Shown: positions 51,589-61,577 of the stretch, piece after piece | Layout of the letters: each line of letters opens with the position of its first letter | Position numbering within the stretch: position 1 is the first letter of the stretch | Assembly (NCBI GenBank): GCA_050012255.1 | Contig: JBEKHN010000001.1 | Location: 96,001 to 160,000, forward strand | From: Candidatus Bathyarchaeia archaeon | Lineage (GTDB): Archaea; Thermoproteota; Bathyarchaeia; Bathyarchaeales; Bathycorpusculaceae | Direction of reading: 5' to 3' | DNA: 64,000 bases | Position numbers and translations under genes: made by a program | Notes under the pieces: model-generated | The model's database searches: none | Seen by the model: the letters and a program-made list of their open reading frames with translations, nothing else | What the model was told of the DNA's origin: nothing

Positions 51589-52734
51589 TCAAGCCCACTC
51601 TCTTGTTATCGGGTGTTTCATCGTATTGAGCCAGAGGGAGAGCTCAAGGCTCCCGTTGTACATATGTCTCTGAATTTCTCCATCATCAATCTTTCTTTGG
51701 GCTTGTATTGAAAGCCTCTTTTTCCATGTTTTTTTGAACATGTTCAAGTTCCAGGCGAAGCTATCGAACACCGCAAGTTTTTCACGCATGCCTCTACCGT
51801 TCAGAAGAAGCCATACCCCTACCAAGCCTTTCAACATTAGTAATTTCGGACCTAGCTTCGCAAGGGTTTTCGAGTTGTAGTTCTTGAGCATTGTTGTTAG
51901 CCAGTAGCGCTCCATAAACGGCACCATCTCACCGTTTGATGCATGCCATTCATGGTAGATTCTGGAACTTGGAACATAGAAAATTCTATACCCTTTTAGT
52001 CTCGCCCGCCAACACCAGTCTAAGTCCTCTCCGTAAAGAAAATACTCCTCATCGAACGATCCGACGTCTTCCCATGCACTCTTGCTAATAACAATCGCAG
52101 CGCAATTGGCATAGAAGACTTCCTCGACCTTCTCGTATTGACCATTATCTGTCTCTCCATTTCCACGGTTCCAGCCTGAACCGTATATGTCGCATTTACC
52201 TCCTGCAGCATTTATCTCTTTTCTGTCCCGAACAAAAAGCATTTTAGGCGTGACCGCTGAGACCTCCCTGTTATTAACGATGTAAGGCATCAGTCTTCTC
52301 AACCATTCTGGCTCCACGGTCACATCGTTGTTCATAAGAACCATAAAATCGTTTTCAATTTTCTGCAAGCCAATGTTGTATGCCTTGGCGAAACCGTGAT
52401 TTCTATCATATTTTATTGTCTTTACTTGAGGATACCGCTCTTTCACAGAGTCCAATGAGCCATCGCTGGAGGCGTTGTCAATCACGATTACCTTGAACCG
52501 GGGATAATCCATTTTGAAAATTGAGTCCAAGCATCTGTGAATGTGTTTTTTCCCATTATAGTTTAGTACTACTATCGTGACTTCTGGAAAATCCATATTG
52601 CCACGGTCAGCCTCTTGAAACGTGGGCTCGTTTAATATGCTTTCAACCATGGATCTCCCGTCATTTCGAACGGCTAGTGAACAGTTTCCGACCCTACTAA
52701 ACTGTGCTGCATTTCCTTTTCTTGCTTTAGTCAT
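51589..52734 (-). CDS. glycosyltransferase family 2 (start probably downstream)
   Basis: LNYNG, DNASSDGS, NND, FLYGEDLDW. Confidence 0.9.
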   Translation of the reverse strand: MTKARKGNAAQFSRVGNCSLAVRNDGRSMVESILNEPTFQEADRGNMDFPEVTIVVLNYNGKKHIHRCLDSIFKMDYPRFKVIVIDNASSDGSLDSVKERYPQVKTIKYDRNHGFAKAYNIGLQKIENDFMVLMNNDVTVEPEWLRRLMPYIVNNREVSAVTPKMLFVRDRKEINAAGGKCDIYGSGWNRGNGETDNGQYEKVEEVFYANCAAIVISKSAWEDVGSFDEEYFLYGEDLDWCWRARLKGYRIFYVPSSRIYHEWHASNGEMVPFMERYWLTTMLKNYNSKTLAKLGPKLLMLKGLVGVWLLLNGRGMREKLAVFDSFAWNLNMFKKTWKKRLSIQAQRKIDDGEIQRHMYNGSLELSLWLNTMKHPITREWA

Positions 52735-52933
52735 TTAAACCTATTCCCTATTTCTCAAACGTCCGCTTAAAGCGCAAGTCCAACTCGAAAACATTTCATC
52801 CGACGCACTTAACGCGGTGCTATTAGTCATGCAGCAGGCGATGGACATTTTTCGCGGATTTTACCACTGAAGTCCGTGTTTTGACTGTATTCGATGCGCA
52901 CCCAAGAATATCTTCTCAGAAGAAGAGTTTTAA

Positions 52934-54199
52934 ATGCGCGTCGTAACCTCCTTAATGAGAGGAATGTACGCAAACACTTGTGACTTCATACAGAGGATGT
53001 TTCTCAGTTATTATTCCAACTGTTTTCATGAGATAAGTATTCCTCATTCGTTTGAGAGACGCGAGTTTGCTGTTCTTCTTTTCAGAAATAAGATTATGGT
53101 TAGGCACAAAAGTTTCACAGCCGTTGAAGAACTGAGAGACTTTCTGAATGGTGAAGTGCCGTCAGATGTGTACTATTCAGGTGCCCACTACGAGCAACCC
53201 GATGCTCCAGAAATGACTGCGAAGGGATGGATCGGCGCCGACCTGATTTTTGACATTGACGCTGACCACATTCCCACGTCGTGTGATAAGGTTCATGATG
53301 AGTGGACTTGTGGCAAGTGCGGGCTTAAGGGAAGGGGGGAGCTGCCGGAAAAATGTCCGTCATGCGGAGGAGAGAAGTTTGAGAACACCATTTGGCCGTG
53401 TGAGTTATGCCTGGCTTCTTCAAAGCTAGAAACGACTAGGCTTTTGGACGTTCTGATAAGAGACTTTGGACTTTCGGAAAAGGAGATCCACTTGTTCTTC
53501 TCAGGCCATCGTGGGTATCACGTTCACGTCGAAGGCGAAGCCGTTGAGAGTCTAGATGCCATGGCTCGCAAAGAAATTGTTGACTATGTCTGCGGTCTCG
53601 GCTTTGATGCCGCTTTGCACGGATTAGATGACAAGAACCCTGGAACTTTGGCATTGAAAGATGTTGGTTGGCGTGGACGAATTGCCCGAGGGATAAACAA
53701 CATTATCCTCAGCGCTAAGACGGAAGATTATGAGAAAATGGGGCTGACGAGGAACATAGCCGAGGCCATGATGAAGAGCAAGGATGCAATCCTGAAAAAC
53801 CTGAACGAATCCAGACCGTTGGGAATGCCTAGAGGAGTGGGCCCTCAAACGTACAGAAAACTTGCTGAGTACTCTAGAAAATCCCAATCTGCAAGGGTAG
53901 ACACGGTTGTTACCACGGACATTCACCGCCTGATCAGACTGCCTGGAACGTTGCACGGCAAAACGGGCCTGAAGAAGATCGAGTTTTCCATCGGAGCCCT
54001 AGACGATTTCGACCCCTTCAAGAGCGCATTAGCCTTTAGGGGAGGCGGTGCTACCGTTCTTGTTTCTAAGGCACCCGAGTTTCGACTGGGCGATGAAGAA
54101 TTTGGCCCTTACAGGAATGAAAGGGTCGAGTTGCCGAGCGCGGCTGCCCTACTACTGGTTTGCAAGAAAAGAGCGGAGGTACTAGTGCAAGATGTATAA
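52934..54199 (+). CDS. priS: DNA primase small subunit
   Basis: RREFA, LIFDIDAD, FSGHRGYH, D..VTTDIHRLIRLPGTLH. Confidence 0.95.
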   Translation: MRVVTSLMRGMYANTCDFIQRMFLSYYSNCFHEISIPHSFERREFAVLLFRNKIMVRHKSFTAVEELRDFLNGEVPSDVYYSGAHYEQPDAPEMTAKGWIGADLIFDIDADHIPTSCDKVHDEWTCGKCGLKGRGELPEKCPSCGGEKFENTIWPCELCLASSKLETTRLLDVLIRDFGLSEKEIHLFFSGHRGYHVHVEGEAVESLDAMARKEIVDYVCGLGFDAALHGLDDKNPGTLALKDVGWRGRIARGINNIILSAKTEDYEKMGLTRNIAEAMMKSKDAILKNLNESRPLGMPRGVGPQTYRKLAEYSRKSQSARVDTVVTTDIHRLIRLPGTLHGKTGLKKIEFSIGALDDFDPFKSALAFRGGGATVLVSKAPEFRLGDEEFGPYRNERVELPSAAALLLVCKKRAEVLVQDV

Positions 54200-54740
54200 C
54201 GAACTGTACGAGGCTTGGAAGCTTGAGCTTGAGAACATTGAGTTGGAGGAGCTTCCCGCAGATTTTTACTCTAGAGCCGCTGAGTACATGAAAAGGCTCA
54301 GAGAAGAGAGTCGAATGCTGGACAAGAGAACCTTGAAGACAAACCTGCTTGAGGAAGAGATGCGAAACGCAAAACACATGGTTCATGAACTGATTCAAAC
54401 ACGCTACAGAAAAATAATGAGCAAAGTGGCCAAGGGCGAAGAAATCGCCCCTAACTTCCTCGCACCTGAGGAGAAAACGGCTTATTCGAGACTCTCACCT
54501 CTTGCAGAAGCATTCCAAGGCTTTGCGAAGGAAATCGTCAGGGGGCACATTCCCAAGATCAAGATCGAAGGTGAGCATAGAAGGGCTATTCTGCGCTTCT
54601 TGAAGGATGTTCCGGCAATAATCGGCGCTGATATGAAGACTTACGGTCCTTTCAAGAACGAGGATGTCGCTTCCCTGCCCGTCGAGAACACCAAGATTTT
54701 AAAGAAGCAAGGCTTGGCCGAAAACGTGGAAACCGGGTAG
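54192..54740 (+). CDS. GINS (Gins15/51-type) subunit
   Basis: DFY, IIGADMKTYGPF, DVASLP; located after priS. Confidence 0.88.
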   Translation: MYNELYEAWKLELENIELEELPADFYSRAAEYMKRLREESRMLDKRTLKTNLLEEEMRNAKHMVHELIQTRYRKIMSKVAKGEEIAPNFLAPEEKTAYSRLSPLAEAFQGFAKEIVRGHIPKIKIEGEHRRAILRFLKDVPAIIGADMKTYGPFKNEDVASLPVENTKILKKQGLAENVETG

Positions 54741-55797
54741 GTGCGAGGAGAGCATTAGACCCTGTCATACTTCCCGGCTGCGAGATCCCTGGGCCTTGAT
54801 TCAGACTAGCTCTTTCTGGCACGATCTTTGTCCACAGAGCTCGAGTTGCGATTATTATGAGCGGATAGGAAATTATCCAAGATATAGAATAGAGCGGGCC
54901 GTAATAATTATGAAAAGGATTGATGTCGCCGCCGTTTACTCCGATTACGAAGATTGTTGCGATCCGCAACGCGTTGATGAGGTAAGTGACAACGGCGCCG
55001 AAAATGAAGTAGCCTATCCTCTGTTTCCAGGGAACGGCGCTGCTTCTTAGGAACAAGAGGATCGTGACCGAGTAGATCAGAAGACTGTCGATGCCTGAGC
55101 ATGGCCAAGCGACGTTGTACACGATAGACCTTCCGGTTGAAGAAGTGACGTTCAAGGCTGGCATTAAGCCTAGGTCAGCTCTTTGGGTGAAAGTAATGCT
55201 CGTGGTGTACCCTATTAGGTTCAATATTCTGGCTGCAAGCACGGTTGTTGTGGGTACAAGAAACTGGAATGGAGTGAAGAGCCCATATGGATACAGGTTG
55301 TTTATCGTGTAAACCATGGCAATTGCTCCTAAGAATAACGCTGTGATAGAATAGTTCCTGAGGCTGGCTATCCCGTAGGCTGCAGAGGCGATGAACACGA
55401 AGAGCATCGTGAAAACTAGGTATTCGATTGAAAGAACCATATCGTTGGAAAAAACGATCTTGCTTCTTAGAGCCAAGGTTGACAAGGCTCCGTTCCATCC
55501 GTAATAGTTGGATCCGATCACATAGATCGTTGGAACAGAGAGCGATACTGCGAAGAGAATGGTCCATAGAGATCTTAACCTCCATCTTTTTGGCCGCAGC
55601 TTTTCCCAGTTCAGAATCGTTTCCAGCATCATGAGCCACACGAAGAACAGATAGTACGTTCTTCCCTCCCACGTCATCTCGAACGAACTAGGATGCAAGT
55701 AGTACAATATTCCGAGCGGGATGACAAACGCCAGAATGGGCAAGCATCTCATTAGGATATTGACGTATCTCCGATTTGCCCGTGGGATCTCAGTCAT
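54652..55797 (-). CDS. exosortase/archaeosortase-family protein
   Basis: Multi-TM; VAWPCSG, NALR, FH (Cys-Arg-His triad). Confidence 0.85.
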   Translation of the reverse strand: MTEIPRANRRYVNILMRCLPILAFVIPLGILYYLHPSSFEMTWEGRTYYLFFVWLMMLETILNWEKLRPKRWRLRSLWTILFAVSLSVPTIYVIGSNYYGWNGALSTLALRSKIVFSNDMVLSIEYLVFTMLFVFIASAAYGIASLRNYSITALFLGAIAMVYTINNLYPYGLFTPFQFLVPTTTVLAARILNLIGYTTSITFTQRADLGLMPALNVTSSTGRSIVYNVAWPCSGIDSLLIYSVTILLFLRSSAVPWKQRIGYFIFGAVVTYLINALRIATIFVIGVNGGDINPFHNYYGPLYSISWIISYPLIIIATRALWTKIVPERASLNQGPGISQPGSMTGSNALLAPTRFPRFRPSLASLKSWCSRRAGKRHPRS

Positions 55798-55883
55798 TCT
55801 AAACCTCTATTGTGCCCATTTGGAGCCGTGCCTTCTTGAAACAGTAAATATGTAACATGTGACCAATATTTGTTTGGTGGTAT

Positions 55884-56289
55884 TTGTCGCTGAAACTCAA
55901 TATTGGATGCGGAAGAGGCAAATACGCTTTTTACGATCTGAAGTGCGAAGCAAACTGTGACGTTCAGAAACCCCAAAACCAAAATCCCAAACTTCATACT
56001 CTCCGCCGTTTGCCATCTTCCGTTCAGAGACAAGGTCTTCCAAAGGGTCTGCGCGTTCAACGTGCTCGAACACCTCAGCGAGCACAACAACGCCATGATG
56101 GAGCTGAATTGGATAAGCGATGAGGCCATGATCAAGTTCGACAGCAAACACAATCTGGCCAGCGGGCTCACGGCAGACCATGAGAGCATAGCAGTTGAGA
56201 ACACTCTGACACCGTTTCCTAGACCAATAAGGTTGATCATCAGGCTAGTCCGTTTTCCAATAGATCGGAGTAAGCGTTCCAGAATATGA
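55884..56289 (+). pseudogene. frameshifted SAM-dependent methyltransferase
   Basis: LNIGCG in one frame and HLPFRD..VLEHL in the next; shift at CCCC 55971-55974. Confidence 0.7.
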
Positions 56290-56518
56290 TACATGCGACT
56301 TTTCCCGTCCTCAAAAAACTGGGTTTGCTGGACAATTGGAACTACTACGAGATCAGAGAGTCTCCAGAATCTGCTTCTTAGCCCATAAACTCCTAACCTC
56401 GAGATTTGACCAGTTGGCCTCCTACGATGATCATTGAGATGCAATATAACGCACGCGGGACTGCGAAAAAGTATAAGAACGTGTATGGCTTCCTTTATGC
56501 AAAGTCGGTTGTGACATA

Positions 56519-56797
56519 GTGAACGTTCCAAAAGAAGTAAGGACATACTGTCCGAGGTGTAAGCAACATCAAGCTCACTCGGTTACTCTGTACAAGGCTG
56601 GCAAGCGCAGACCCCTAGCAAAGGGTGAACGCCACCATGCTCTGCGAGAAAAGAGGGGGTACGGCGGACAAAAGAATCCGCTTCAAAGAGAGTTTGCTAA
56701 GACAACGAAGAAGCAGACTTTGAAGTTGAAGTGCAAGGTCTGCGGCTACACCAGACACAAGGTTGGCATACGGTTAAGAAAATTAGTCATCGCGTGA
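56519..56797 (+). CDS. rpl44e: 50S ribosomal protein eL42 (L44e)
   Basis: TYCPRC, GYGGQ, KTTKK, CKVCG. Confidence 0.96.
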   Translation: MNVPKEVRTYCPRCKQHQAHSVTLYKAGKRRPLAKGERHHALREKRGYGGQKNPLQREFAKTTKKQTLKLKCKVCGYTRHKVGIRLRKLVIA

Positions 56798-56812
56798 TGA
56801 GGAGGGAGAATC

Positions 56813-57010
56813 TTGTCAGAATGGGAAGAACTAATTCCGAGGCCGAGAAGCAGCTTCATCCGAGTGAAATGCCTGAAATGCGGCAACGAGCAGATTGTGT
56901 TCAGTAATGCGGTGAACAAGGTCAGCTGCAACGTTTGTGGAACCGAACTTGCTGAGCCTTCTGGTGGAAAGGCAAAAATCAAGGGTGAAATAGTCGCGGT
57001 TTTTGAATAG
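56813..57010 (+). CDS. rps27e: 30S ribosomal protein eS27
   Basis: VKCLKCGNEQIVF, CNVCG, GGKA. Confidence 0.96.
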   Translation: MSEWEELIPRPRSSFIRVKCLKCGNEQIVFSNAVNKVSCNVCGTELAEPSGGKAKIKGEIVAVFE

Positions 57011-57025
57011 GGATGAAGAGTTCTA

Positions 57026-57814
57026 ATGGCACTTAAGAAGCAGGAATGGCCTGAACCCGGTGACCTGGTCATAGGCACGGTGGAAACTGTCACCGACTAC
57101 GGCGCCTATGCGAAGCTGGACGAGTACGGCAAGAAAGGGTTGCTGCACGTTTCTGAAATATCCTCTTCTTGGATTCGAAACATTCGCGACTTCGTCCGTG
57201 AAGGACAGAAGATCGTGCTGAAAGTTTTGCGCGTCGACACAGAAAAGGGACACATAGATTTGTCCCTGAGACGCGTAACGAAAAGAGAAAGAATCGAGAA
57301 GATAATGTTCTGGAAAAAAGAGAGAAAGGCAGAAGCCCTGCTTCGAAACATCGCTGAGAAAATGAACATGCCGCTTGAGGAGATTTATGAAAAAGCAGGA
57401 AAACCCTTGGAAGACGAATACGGGTTGTACGAAGGCTTTGAAAGAGCAGTGAAAGAGGGCCCAGATATCCTGACAAAAGTAGGCGTGCCCGAAGACGTTG
57501 CCAAGGTGATCATTGAAGTCGTCCAAGAAAGAATACACGTTCCCATGGTCAAAGTCAAGGGCACGGTTGAGCTGCGCTGCTTGAAGCCGAACGGTGTGAA
57601 AATAATAAAAGAAGCCTTCGCAAACGCCAAAAAAGGCGAGAAACTTGGCAACGCAAAGCTTCGCTTCTACGTCACCGCTGCACCGAAATACAGCATCGAG
57701 GTGTTGGCTGAAGATTACAAGCATGCTGAAGACGTCTTCCAGAAAGTTGCCGAGAATGTTGTCTCGAACGTCTCCAAAGCCGGAGGTCAGGGCACGTTTA
57801 GAAGGGACAAGTAA
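57026..57814 (+). CDS. eif2a: translation initiation factor 2 alpha
   Basis: S1 domain, LHVSEI, IDLSLRRV. Confidence 0.95.
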   Translation: MALKKQEWPEPGDLVIGTVETVTDYGAYAKLDEYGKKGLLHVSEISSSWIRNIRDFVREGQKIVLKVLRVDTEKGHIDLSLRRVTKRERIEKIMFWKKERKAEALLRNIAEKMNMPLEEIYEKAGKPLEDEYGLYEGFERAVKEGPDILTKVGVPEDVAKVIIEVVQERIHVPMVKVKGTVELRCLKPNGVKIIKEAFANAKKGEKLGNAKLRFYVTAAPKYSIEVLAEDYKHAEDVFQKVAENVVSNVSKAGGQGTFRRDK

Positions 57815-57984
57815 TGGTCTGGCTTCTGCGAAAATGCGAGAACTGTCAAGGCTACACGCTGAGGAATGATAAGTGCCCATACTGCGGAGGAAAAGTTCGA
57901 GTGCCACACCCACCGAAGTTCTCACCTGATGACAAGTATCTGAGGTACAGGATGGCCCTCAAACAGGAGAGTTCAACACGGTGA
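57814..57984 (+). CDS. nop10: H/ACA RNP protein Nop10 (below the ORF-track length cutoff)
   Basis: Manual translation MVWLLRKCENCQGYTL...CPYCGG...HPPKFSPDDKY. Confidence 0.93.
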   Translation: MVWLLRKCENCQGYTLRNDKCPYCGGKVRVPHPPKFSPDDKYLRYRMALKQESSTR

Positions 57985-58754
57985 AAGAGACGTTCATTAA
58001 GGAACTCGTGAAAGCCGAGTTGAAGAATCCGATCTTGATCGAAGGACTCCCAGGCCTGGGACTCGTTGGGAAAATTGCCATACGCCACCTGGTCAAGCAG
58101 TTGAATGCCGAAAAGTTCGCCTACCTCTACTCCCCGCACTTTCCATATTTCGTTATCGTCAGCAAGAAGGGAAACGTCCGGCTTCTACGAGGAACATTCT
58201 ACTTCTGGAAGAACAAGGACGGGAAGAACGACCTCATCCTTTTCACAGGCGACAGCCAAGCACAAACGATTGAGGGGCAGTACGAGATTTCTGACCGCAT
58301 ACTGAACTTCGCCAAACAGCAAGGCGTAAAATTGATCACAACGATCGGCGGATACCGAATGGAGGCCAAGGACAAGCCGAAAGTCGTCGCAGCAGCCACG
58401 GACCAAGACCTCCTGAACAGAGCCCTGAAGGCCGGAGCTGAAGTGAGTCCGACTGGAAGTCCCATCGTGGGCACGGCAGGCCTGATTCTAGGACTTTCTC
58501 ATTTCAGGGGAATCGACGCTCTATGTCTCTTAGGCGAGACCAGGGGATACCTACCCGACCCGAGGTCTGCCAAGAGCGTGTTAGAAATACTGCAATCGAT
58601 GCTCGGTTTTGACGCAAACCTCGCAGGGCTGGATGAAGAGATAGCAAAGGGCGACAAGATGGTCACACGCCTGCAGAAGATCGAAGAAAAAAGAGTCCTT
58701 CAGGCCGAGGAAACACGGAAAGAAGAGGACAAAAAAGTCACGTATATCTCCTAG
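57981..58754 (+). CDS. PAC2 / proteasome assembly chaperone family
   Basis: EGLPGLGLVG, GDSQ, CLLGET, DPRSA. Confidence 0.9.
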   Translation: MKETFIKELVKAELKNPILIEGLPGLGLVGKIAIRHLVKQLNAEKFAYLYSPHFPYFVIVSKKGNVRLLRGTFYFWKNKDGKNDLILFTGDSQAQTIEGQYEISDRILNFAKQQGVKLITTIGGYRMEAKDKPKVVAAATDQDLLNRALKAGAEVSPTGSPIVGTAGLILGLSHFRGIDALCLLGETRGYLPDPRSAKSVLEILQSMLGFDANLAGLDEEIAKGDKMVTRLQKIEEKRVLQAEETRKEEDKKVTYIS

Positions 58755-58823
58755 AACTTGCGCTCTCCATCCACAGTGAAGTTCATTCTCTATTGACGAA
58801 GAGACCTTGTGGCGCGCGCAGTT

Positions 58824-59001
58824 CTAAGGCATCTTCTTTAAGAAGTCTATTATCTCTCGAATGTCAGGAAGCTGTCCCAGCTTGTAGATTTTGAAGAAGA
58901 CTATCTTCTGGTTTTCGTCGATGATTATGTTTGCGCGTTCAGAGAATCCTTCTTTGGTCCGGAATATTCCGTAGAGTTCTGCGACCTTGCCGCACGCGTC
59001 G
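58824..59001 (-). pseudogene. C-terminal fragment of a peroxiredoxin (AhpC/TSA)
   Basis: GKVAELYG...SERANIIIDE...LPD; N-terminal catalytic region absent. Confidence 0.65.
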
Positions 59002-59559
59002 TTACAGTTTGACACTCACTTCAACTCCATCTTCGCCGAAAAACACGTATTCGCTACGGTATCTTCTTGAAGACCTCATGTAATCCAAGTAATCCTTCAT
59101 TTGATCAGCAAAGATGCCTGCGTTGTCCGCAACAACGACACTTCCTCGATGGAGTTTTCGCTCGACAAGTCGCAGGTAGTGCAGATATTCTGTCTTATCA
59201 GCATCGATGAAGACCATGTCGAACTTGCCAGCTAGTTTTGGTATAACTTCGATCGCGTCGCCTACAACGACGTCTATGCTTGGGGTGACCTCTGCCCTCT
59301 TTATGTTCTCCCTTGCTATCTCAGCTTCGTTCGCTTGAATTTCAATCGTGATCACCTGAGCGTCGCTTTCAAGCTCTTTTGCCATCAGGATTGCTGAGTA
59401 GCCGATTAGTGTTCCGACCTCCAATACTCGCTTGGGCTTGACTTCGTGAATGACTCTCACCAATACACGACCCTTATCGGGCCCCACGATGGGTAGAAAT
59501 TTCCTCTCGGCCATGTTTTTAATTTCCTTCAAGACTTTGTCCGCCCTGCTCAAGATCAT
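59002..59559 (-). CDS. cation-dependent O-methyltransferase
   Basis: LEVGTLIGYS, FIDADK, ADN. Confidence 0.9.
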   Translation of the reverse strand: MILSRADKVLKEIKNMAERKFLPIVGPDKGRVLVRVIHEVKPKRVLEVGTLIGYSAILMAKELESDAQVITIEIQANEAEIARENIKRAEVTPSIDVVVGDAIEVIPKLAGKFDMVFIDADKTEYLHYLRLVERKLHRGSVVVADNAGIFADQMKDYLDYMRSSRRYRSEYVFFGEDGVEVSVKL

Positions 59560-59624
59560 ATCCCCCTCAGACTACGTATCGGAAGATCGCACTGATTATT
59601 CCGTCTGGAAAACCTTTGCAGCGG

Positions 59625-60404
59625 TCAGATCTCGAATTTTTCTATTATTCTCCTCTCTTTTTCCCAGGTTATCTCCGCTACAACATGTATGTAGTTCTGC
59701 AGCCCAGAGTTTTCGATTCTCGGTTTAAGTAGTTCATCTATTTGAAAGATGCCGGCCGAGTTCGACATCGTTATTCTTATGATGACCGGTTTCTCTTCGC
59801 CCTCTTGGATGTCCACCTTCTCGATTGACAGTGCGGAAACCGAGTGAATGTCCACTTTTCCAGCCTGAAACGGAATTCTAGCTCTGCCCTCTTCCATGTC
59901 CAAGGCGTCTGCAACTCGCACTATGCCTGCTTCCACAGTCAAGGGTTTGTTCGGATCTTCGTGAGACACTATGGCGTGCAACACTTCTGAACAGATTATC
60001 GTGCGCTCTTCCTCAGAGTAGATCGGTGCCAAATACTTCTCAAGGAAGCCCAGAGCTAACAAAGCGCCGAACCAAACATGTTTGTCTCTCGCCACAATCA
60101 TGCCTAAGTCATGAAAGATTGAACCTAGAACGACAACGACCTCTGCATCTTCGTTTTTCATTCCGTAGTTCTTTACAATGCTGGGTACGACTTTGCTCTT
60201 AATCAGGATTCTCAAAATTTTCAACGCGGAGTTGGATACGATTTTAACGTGCGTTGGACCGTGGTCAGTGTAGCCCAGACGGTCAATAGCCATAACGTTT
60301 GAGCATCGCCACATAGTCTGCAGTCTCACATCTTTTTTAACGTCATCAATAACATGCTTCAGCTTAAGGTTGTCTCGAAAGGGTATATTGAAAACGTATG
60401 ACAC
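59625..60404 (-). CDS. HD-domain phosphohydrolase
   Basis: DHGPTH, FHDLG, ADALD. Confidence 0.88.
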   Translation of the reverse strand: MSYVFNIPFRDNLKLKHVIDDVKKDVRLQTMWRCSNVMAIDRLGYTDHGPTHVKIVSNSALKILRILIKSKVVPSIVKNYGMKNEDAEVVVVLGSIFHDLGMIVARDKHVWFGALLALGFLEKYLAPIYSEEERTIICSEVLHAIVSHEDPNKPLTVEAGIVRVADALDMEEGRARIPFQAGKVDIHSVSALSIEKVDIQEGEEKPVIIRITMSNSAGIFQIDELLKPRIENSGLQNYIHVVAEITWEKERRIIEKFEI

Positions 60405-60548
60405 CGCGATTCAGCCTCCACTTGATATAGCTCATATAAGCGCCTGTACAGTCTACTAAGTTTTTGGTCTCCTTGGATTTTTCGCAGAAGGTCCTGATAG
60501 TTGCGAGATGACAGCGCGAGCCTTAAAATTTCTTCGGTTGTGCGTTTT

Positions 60549-61394
60549 TCACAGTTTTGCTGGAACTATCAACACTGAGCACTTCGCTTTATAACTGACA
60601 TCATCACTTACACTTCCCAGCAAGAACCTCTTGACCGCTCCCAACCCCCTGCTCCCAAGGACGATCAAGTCATGATTTCCTTTTTCAGCCACGTCAACTA
60701 TCACATCTGATGGAACGCCAAACTCGAGTCTCCTGTCAGCCGCAAGTTTCCGTTTTTCAACCGCATCTAACGATTCGCAGAGAACCCGGCCGCCAAGTTC
60801 CATTGCAACGTCAGGCGAGGCCTTATGCAAGCGTGGTTCCTGGACATTCAATAACGTCATTCTCGAACCCATTTTTTCGGCCAAGCTTAGGGCATAATTC
60901 AAGGCTTTCATTGCATGGTCAGAACCGTCCACGCACACGAGCATGTTTGACAGGGTCGAAACCTTTTTGACAATCATCGTTGGGCAACTTGCGTGCATTA
61001 TGACTTTCTTCGTTACACTTCCAAGTGCGTTCAGACCTTTCTCGTTTTCTCCACGACCACCGATGACGATTAGATCAAAATCATCTCCTGAGAATTCAAG
61101 AATAGTCTCAGCAACGTCCTCCTCATGGAGAACTTCCGCTTTCACTTCCACTTTTTCTTCGGTGAAAAGAGCTCTAGCTTCTCCGACTATCCTCTGCCCT
61201 TCTTGGTCTAAGCCGCTTAGAATCAGAGCGGCTGTTTCTGGGTTACCGTACGACACGCGGGGTACAACATGCAAAACCGTCACGGACGCACGTGTTTTCT
61301 TCGCTATCAACGCGACTGTCTCCTGGCTCATAAGACTTGAATCAGATTTGTCTACGGGAACCAGAATTTTCTTTATGAACGCTTCATTCTCCAT
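60549..61394 (-). CDS. tandem universal stress protein
   Basis: ILVPVD, LVCVDGS, GSRG, LGSVS. Confidence 0.92.
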   Translation of the reverse strand: MENEAFIKKILVPVDKSDSSLMSQETVALIAKKTRASVTVLHVVPRVSYGNPETAALILSGLDQEGQRIVGEARALFTEEKVEVKAEVLHEEDVAETILEFSGDDFDLIVIGGRGENEKGLNALGSVTKKVIMHASCPTMIVKKVSTLSNMLVCVDGSDHAMKALNYALSLAEKMGSRMTLLNVQEPRLHKASPDVAMELGGRVLCESLDAVEKRKLAADRRLEFGVPSDVIVDVAEKGNHDLIVLGSRGLGAVKRFLLGSVSDDVSYKAKCSVLIVPAKL

Positions 61395-61577
61395 GAAATC
61401 CAACCTCTGACCATTTACTTATTAGGAACGATTGATACCAGTTCAGTTTAATACTTTTTGCGCCCGTTGACCCTGAGAAACTTCGACCAATCAATGCGGT
61501 CGAAAGCCATAAATAACAAATAGAAAGAGAAGAAAATGTTTCAGCATTAGCTGACATGATTTGGAGATGGAAGCAAA

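Noticed and set aside
55794-57925. Long antisense ORFs (55794-56546, 57023-57925) and similar shadow ORFs elsewhere
   Set aside because: They overlap well-supported genes on the opposite strand and have no motifs.
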